A stretch of 20,000 nucleotides of DNA from positions 54,651 through 74,650 of the IMG/VR virus record IMGVR_UViG_3300021962_000076; one strand, 5' to 3'. Shown piece after piece: positions 15,818 through 20,000 of this stretch. Source of the DNA: an uncultured virus (IMG/VR IMGVR_UViG_3300021962_000076) (Duplodnaviria; Heunggongvirae; Uroviricota; Caudoviricetes). Position 1 is the first letter of the stretch. Each line of letters begins with the position of its first letter. Both the position numbers and the translations under genes were made by a program. The notes under the pieces are model-generated. The model ran no database searches. It saw only the letters and a program-made list of their open reading frames with translations, and was not told the DNA's origin.

Positions 15818-17086
15818 ATGATTTTAGAAAAACTTAAAAACATCCCAAAAAATCCAGGTTGTTATCTATTCAAAGACGATAGGGAACAAATAATTTATGT
15901 TGGAATGTCTAAGTTTCTACCAAAAAGAGTATCATCCTATTTCCAAAAAAATCAAAAAGGTAAAACAAAATCACTTGTTGAAAAAATTTCAGATGTAGAA
16001 TTTAAGATTACATCATCAGAACAAGAAGCCATAATTCTGGAAGAAGAACTAATCAAACTTTACAAACCTAAATTTAATATTAAAGGTAAAGATGACAAAA
16101 CTAGAAGCTGGTCAATCTGTTTTACTAGTGAGGACTTCCCAAAACTTGAGATTGTTAGAAATAAACAAGATGATAGAATTTCACTTGACTTTACATCAGG
16201 TAATCTATGTCGTGAAATATATAATCTAATTCACGATGTCTTCCCACTTCGTAGTTGTTCTTATGATTTGAATGAAGAAAATATCAAAAAAGAAAAATTT
16301 AAAACCTGTTTAGAATTTCATCTAGGTAGATGTAATGCACCATGTGTTAATAACATACAAAAGGTATTATATAATAGTATTATTATTGATGTTAAAAAAG
16401 TTTTATCACTTGACATTTCTACTTTACAAAAAAAACTAAAAAAGACTATGAAGTACTACTCAACTAATCTAGAGTTTGAAAAAGCCCAGGATTTATTATT
16501 GAAACTTACAAATTTAGAAAGTATAGATAATAAATTAAATGTGATTAAACTACAAAAGTATAACAAGAAAGCTTTTGACATTAAAAATATTTTAGGTCTT
16601 AAAAATCAACCAAATGTTATTGAAGCTTTTGATAATTCACACAATCAAGGATCATCTAATGTTGCTGCGTCAGTTAGATATGAAAATGATAACCCGGTTA
16701 AATCGGAGTATCGTAATTATATAATTAGAAGTTTTGATGGAATAGATGATTATTCATCATTTGATGAAGTACTACAAAGAAGATTTAAAAGAATGGTAAA
16801 TGAAAAACAAAAATTACCAGATCTTGTAATCATTGATGGTGGTAAAGGACAATTAAATGTCGCTAAAAGAGTATTTGAAGAATTAAATCTAATAGATACA
16901 GTAGACCTCATTTCAATATCGAAAGACTCAAAACACAAATCTTCAACAATTCATTTGACAAATGGTAATGAGGTTAAAATAAATACAAATAATAACTTTG
17001 TTTTATTATCTAAAATCCAGGAAGAAGTCCATAGATTTGTAATTAAATTTCATAGAAAAAAAGAAATTAAAAGATTACTTTTTTAA
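15818..17086 (+). CDS. uvrC: UvrC-like excinuclease, shortened
   Basis: GIY-YIG domain (PGCYLFKD..IIYVG..PKFNI), Cys cluster (CSY..CLEFHLGRCNAPC), UVR motif (LEFEKA), RNase H-like domain (IEAFDNSH, DDY, PDLVIIDGGKGQL, QEEVHRF). No C-terminal HhH. Confidence 0.9.
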   Translation: MILEKLKNIPKNPGCYLFKDDREQIIYVGMSKFLPKRVSSYFQKNQKGKTKSLVEKISDVEFKITSSEQEAIILEEELIKLYKPKFNIKGKDDKTRSWSICFTSEDFPKLEIVRNKQDDRISLDFTSGNLCREIYNLIHDVFPLRSCSYDLNEENIKKEKFKTCLEFHLGRCNAPCVNNIQKVLYNSIIIDVKKVLSLDISTLQKKLKKTMKYYSTNLEFEKAQDLLLKLTNLESIDNKLNVIKLQKYNKKAFDIKNILGLKNQPNVIEAFDNSHNQGSSNVAASVRYENDNPVKSEYRNYIIRSFDGIDDYSSFDEVLQRRFKRMVNEKQKLPDLVIIDGGKGQLNVAKRVFEELNLIDTVDLISISKDSKHKSSTIHLTNGNEVKINTNNNFVLLSKIQEEVHRFVIKFHRKKEIKRLLF

Positions 17087-17108
17087 AAAAAACTAATATA
17101 TTTAAACT

Positions 17109-17357
17109 ATGTTTATACATATACTTGTCGATGAATTCGAAGAAGAGTTTCAGAAACCATGGAAAGCAGGATTAATAAAAAATATGTCTATTGATTATGC
17201 GACAAACGCAATACATGGTTGGTATGAAGATAGAGATGTCATAGTTTTTAAGTTTACTGGATATGGATTTATTAATGATAATAGACATTGTACATATTCT
17301 TTATCCTATGGTAAAGCAGGTATAACAATTTTAATAGAAAAAGTAAAATATGAATAA
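17109..17357 (+). CDS. hypothetical protein
   Basis: 82 aa ORF. Confidence 0.7.
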   Translation: MFIHILVDEFEEEFQKPWKAGLIKNMSIDYATNAIHGWYEDRDVIVFKFTGYGFINDNRHCTYSLSYGKAGITILIEKVKYE

Positions 17358-17374
17358 AAATTAAATAATATAGA

Positions 17375-17581
17375 ATGGTAAAAAAAAGAACATTAAACGA
17401 ATTACGACAAGAAAAAGAATATGGGTATAGACAACCTATTAATAAAAAATCTAAAGTGGTAGAAGATTATTACAAAGTAGTTAATTTTGATTGTCAATAC
17501 GTTGTAGATTTAATTAAAAAATTCCCAAATAACACAGAATTGGGTAAAGAAATAAGAAATTATTATAAAAGTTTAAAGTAA
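17375..17581 (+). CDS. hypothetical protein
   Basis: 68 aa; C-terminal LIKKFPNNTELGKEIR motif. Confidence 0.7.
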   Translation: MVKKRTLNELRQEKEYGYRQPINKKSKVVEDYYKVVNFDCQYVVDLIKKFPNNTELGKEIRNYYKSLK

Positions 17582-17586
17582 AAAAA

Positions 17587-18711
17587 ATGAAAATTCGTTT
17601 AGAATATGTTTGGCTTGATGGGTATGAACCAGAACCAAATTTAAGAAGTAAAGTTAAAATTGTTGACGCAAGCTTACTATATGGGACAACAAAAGAATTA
17701 ATTGATTTAATTCCAGAGTGGAACTTTGATGGATCATCAACAAGACAAGCTAATACTGGAAATTCTGATAGAATTTTAAAACCAGTTAGATTATATAAAA
17801 TAGACGTATCAGAAACCATCTATGTACTATGCGAAGTGTTAAATTCAGATGGTACGCCCCACGTATCAAATACTAGATCAAAACTAAAAGATGAAGATAA
17901 CGAGCTATGGTTTGGATTTGAACAAGAATATTTTATTCGTGAAGGTAAAAATAAAGCAATTTTAGGGCATAATGGTATTATTGAAGGTCAAGGTAAATAT
18001 TATTGTGGAGTTGGATCAAATGTGGTTGGAAGAGATTTTGTTGAAAAGCACACAAATATGTGTTTAAATTATGGAATTGATATTACGGGGACAAACGCAG
18101 AAGTAGCGCTTGGACAATGGGAGTATCAAGTATTTGCAGAAGGAAAACTAAAGGCTGGGGATGATTTATGGATGTCAAGATATTTTTTACATAAACTATC
18201 CGAAGAATATGGATATGAAATTGACTTACACCCAAAACCAATTCAACAGGGAGAATGGAATGGGTCTGGACTACACACAAACTTCTCAAATGATAAAATG
18301 AGAAATGAAGGTGGGGAAGAATATTTTGAATCACTATTTGCAAGTTTATATGGAAGACACTTAGATCATATTAAAGAATATGGATCATCAAATGAATTAA
18401 GACTTACCGGAAACTATGAAACACAATCAATTGATAAATTTAGTTGGGGTATTTCAGATAGAGGCGCATCAATTAGAGTTCCAAAAGGTACTGCAGAAAA
18501 TTGGAAAGGATATGTCGAAGATAGAAGACCAGGGTCGAATGCTGATCCATATAAAATAATTTATCAAATTGATAAGTCTATTAAAAACGCTGAAGCAATT
18601 GCCGACATTAAATATAAAATGAATTATGAACTTGATATAGATAATCTTAAAAATGATTTTAAAACACTTTCACCAGAGGAATTGTTAAGTGAATACCGTA
18701 AAGATGATTAA
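17587..18711 (+). CDS. glnII: glutamine synthetase type II
   Basis: LEYVWLDG, LRSK, WNFDGSST, WFGFEQEY, QGKYYCGVG, NAEVALGQWEYQ, WNGSGLHTNFS, RLTGNYET, DRGASIRVP, EDRRPGSNADPY. Confidence 0.93.
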   Translation: MKIRLEYVWLDGYEPEPNLRSKVKIVDASLLYGTTKELIDLIPEWNFDGSSTRQANTGNSDRILKPVRLYKIDVSETIYVLCEVLNSDGTPHVSNTRSKLKDEDNELWFGFEQEYFIREGKNKAILGHNGIIEGQGKYYCGVGSNVVGRDFVEKHTNMCLNYGIDITGTNAEVALGQWEYQVFAEGKLKAGDDLWMSRYFLHKLSEEYGYEIDLHPKPIQQGEWNGSGLHTNFSNDKMRNEGGEEYFESLFASLYGRHLDHIKEYGSSNELRLTGNYETQSIDKFSWGISDRGASIRVPKGTAENWKGYVEDRRPGSNADPYKIIYQIDKSIKNAEAIADIKYKMNYELDIDNLKNDFKTLSPEELLSEYRKDD

Positions 18712-18732
18712 TAGTATTTTATAGTTTAATTT

Positions 18733-18759
18733 AAACCCAACAATTCGTTGGGTTTTTTT
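18733..18759 (+). terminator. intrinsic terminator
   Basis: AAACCCAAC-AATTC-GTTGGGTTT plus T-tract after the GS gene. Confidence 0.85.
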
Positions 18760-18945
18760 GTTAATAAATTAACAATAAATATTAAGCCAATTATATCGTT
18801 TGAAAAAAAATACTTGATTATTTCTTTATAAGTAAAAATACTTAAGTATTTATTAGTATATACTCGACCGGCCCATGGAAGATGGGGGTTCCACTATTAT
18901 GGATCTTCAAGTGAGATAGATAAATAATCATTAATCTCGACCATT

Positions 18946-20000
18946 ATGAAGAATTTACTATTTTTACTAACAACAATCTTTACGATTTTTACAACAACAA
19001 CATTTAGCCAGTGTACAAACAACGTTTATGGTTTGTATGCATCACTAACCCCAACATGCACAGGAGCGTGGCAAACAGTCACTACTTGTGGATGGAGAGG
19101 AGAATACTCTAACATCAATGTAACTGCAGGAAATTCGTATTCATTTGCAAGCTCTGTTGGTTCAGATATTGTAACCATCACAACTACGGCAAATGCTGTA
19201 TTAGCTTGGGGAACTGGAACTGCTACTTGGACAGCAACATTCACAGGAACAATTAGATTTTATACACACGGACCTGGATGTACAACAGGAACAGGATGTA
19301 GAACAAGGAGGGTAATGTGTTCTGGCCCGCCACCACCCCCGTCATGTACAGATAATCCATTAGTTATTAATATGTACGATTCTTGGGGAGATGGTTGGAA
19401 TGGTGCAACATATACTATCATTAATGATGCAAATGGTTCCACGGTGGGATCAGGAACATTATCCACAGGTTCATCAGGTACCTCATCTATATATTGTGTG
19501 TTAGATGGTTGTTATACTATCATAGTAACTGATGGTACTTACCCAACCGAAGTATCTTGGACAGCAACAATTAATGGAGTTGTTTATGCGAGTGGAGGAG
19601 CAGTATCGTCAACACAATTACCTATTAACTCCTTTTGTGCACCGCCAGTAGCTGAAATGAAAATCCCATCATCTGGTAATAACTCTTACAACGTATGTGA
19701 AGGTATGTTATATGATAATGGGGGATCGATTGGCAACTACTCTGTAAATGCTAATGGATACACAACTCTATATCCTGGTACTATAGGATCAATGGTGTCA
19801 GTAACATTCACCTCATTTAATCTTGAGACTAATTGGGACTACGTATATGTATATGATGGTAATAGCACTGCATCCCCACTACTAGGTGTATTTACAGGAA
19901 CTGCCTTACCGGAAAACTTTATATCTACCGCACCTGATGGTTCTTTGACGCTAAGACTAACATCAGATGGTAGTATACAATACGCTGGATTCTCAGCTGA
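18946..20000 (+). CDS. large secreted Cys/Thr/Gly-rich protein with CUB-like domain, 3'-truncated (not in ORF track)
   Basis: Frame open from ATG 18946 to the window end. Signal peptide MKNLLFLLTTIFTIFTTTTFSQ, a DSWGDGWNG module, and CUB-like YDNGG..NYS...TFTSFNLETNWDYVYVYDG...LTSDGS...GF. Confidence 0.85.
   Translation, partial: MKNLLFLLTTIFTIFTTTTFSQCTNNVYGLYASLTPTCTGAWQTVTTCGWRGEYSNINVTAGNSYSFASSVGSDIVTITTTANAVLAWGTGTATWTATFTGTIRFYTHGPGCTTGTGCRTRRVMCSGPPPPPSCTDNPLVINMYDSWGDGWNGATYTIINDANGSTVGSGTLSTGSSGTSSIYCVLDGCYTIIVTDGTYPTEVSWTATINGVVYASGGAVSSTQLPINSFCAPPVAEMKIPSSGNNSYNVCEGMLYDNGGSIGNYSVNANGYTTLYPGTIGSMVSVTFTSFNLETNWDYVYVYDGNSTASPLLGVFTGTALPENFISTAPDGSLTLRLTSDGSIQYAGFSA

Noticed and set aside
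15818..16100. GIY-YIG homing endonuclease or intron
   Set aside because: The domain is part of a UvrC architecture, and no interrupted gene or intron structure is evident.
23..18343. Short antisense or out-of-frame ORFs (23-217, 281-574, 920-1111, 2464-2679, 4954-5166, 6185-6400, 7228-7431, 9466-9705, 10272-10499, 10735-11008, 11240-11461, 12042-12239, 14557-15024, 16750-16938, 17514-17819, 18083-18343)
   Set aside because: They overlap better-supported genes on the opposite strand and show shadow-like composition with no motifs.
19026..19466. Minus-strand ORFs 19026-19244 and 19260-19466
   Set aside because: Antisense shadows of the long plus-strand secreted-protein gene.
1..20000. Stop-codon reassignment (no intact gene called here ends in TAG)
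   Set aside because: Known genes are full length under the standard code with no in-frame TAG or TGA. TAG is simply avoided and TGA is used as a stop several times.

Overview
Very AT-rich, gene-dense 20 kb segment that reads as part of a large (jumbo-type) tailed phage genome, probably infecting Bacteroidota. Support for the host: TAnnTTTG-type promoters, A-rich SD-less starts, Bacteroidota-style TonB, lipoproteins, GSII and a secreted CUB protein. Recognisable genes: DUF932 protein, thioredoxin, glutaredoxin-like protein, DUF3310, DUF192, Nudix hydrolase, TonB, thymidine kinase, hotdog acyl-CoA thioesterase, a shortened UvrC and a type II glutamine synthetase. The most unusual observations are: (1) an ECF sigma factor fused behind an MKIIITESQY leader and a pre-toxin-TG-like hydrophobic module, with I/L-x-E linkers, suggesting a protease-processed, virion-delivered sigma factor; (2) a compact MetK-like protein that has lost its catalytic motifs, next to three very acidic proteins; (3) a TATTTAT motif 4-6 nt upstream of several start codons; (4) three candidate structured RNAs. 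Several small or truncated ORFs missed by the ORF track are added. All family calls come from motif recognition by eye; no searches were run.
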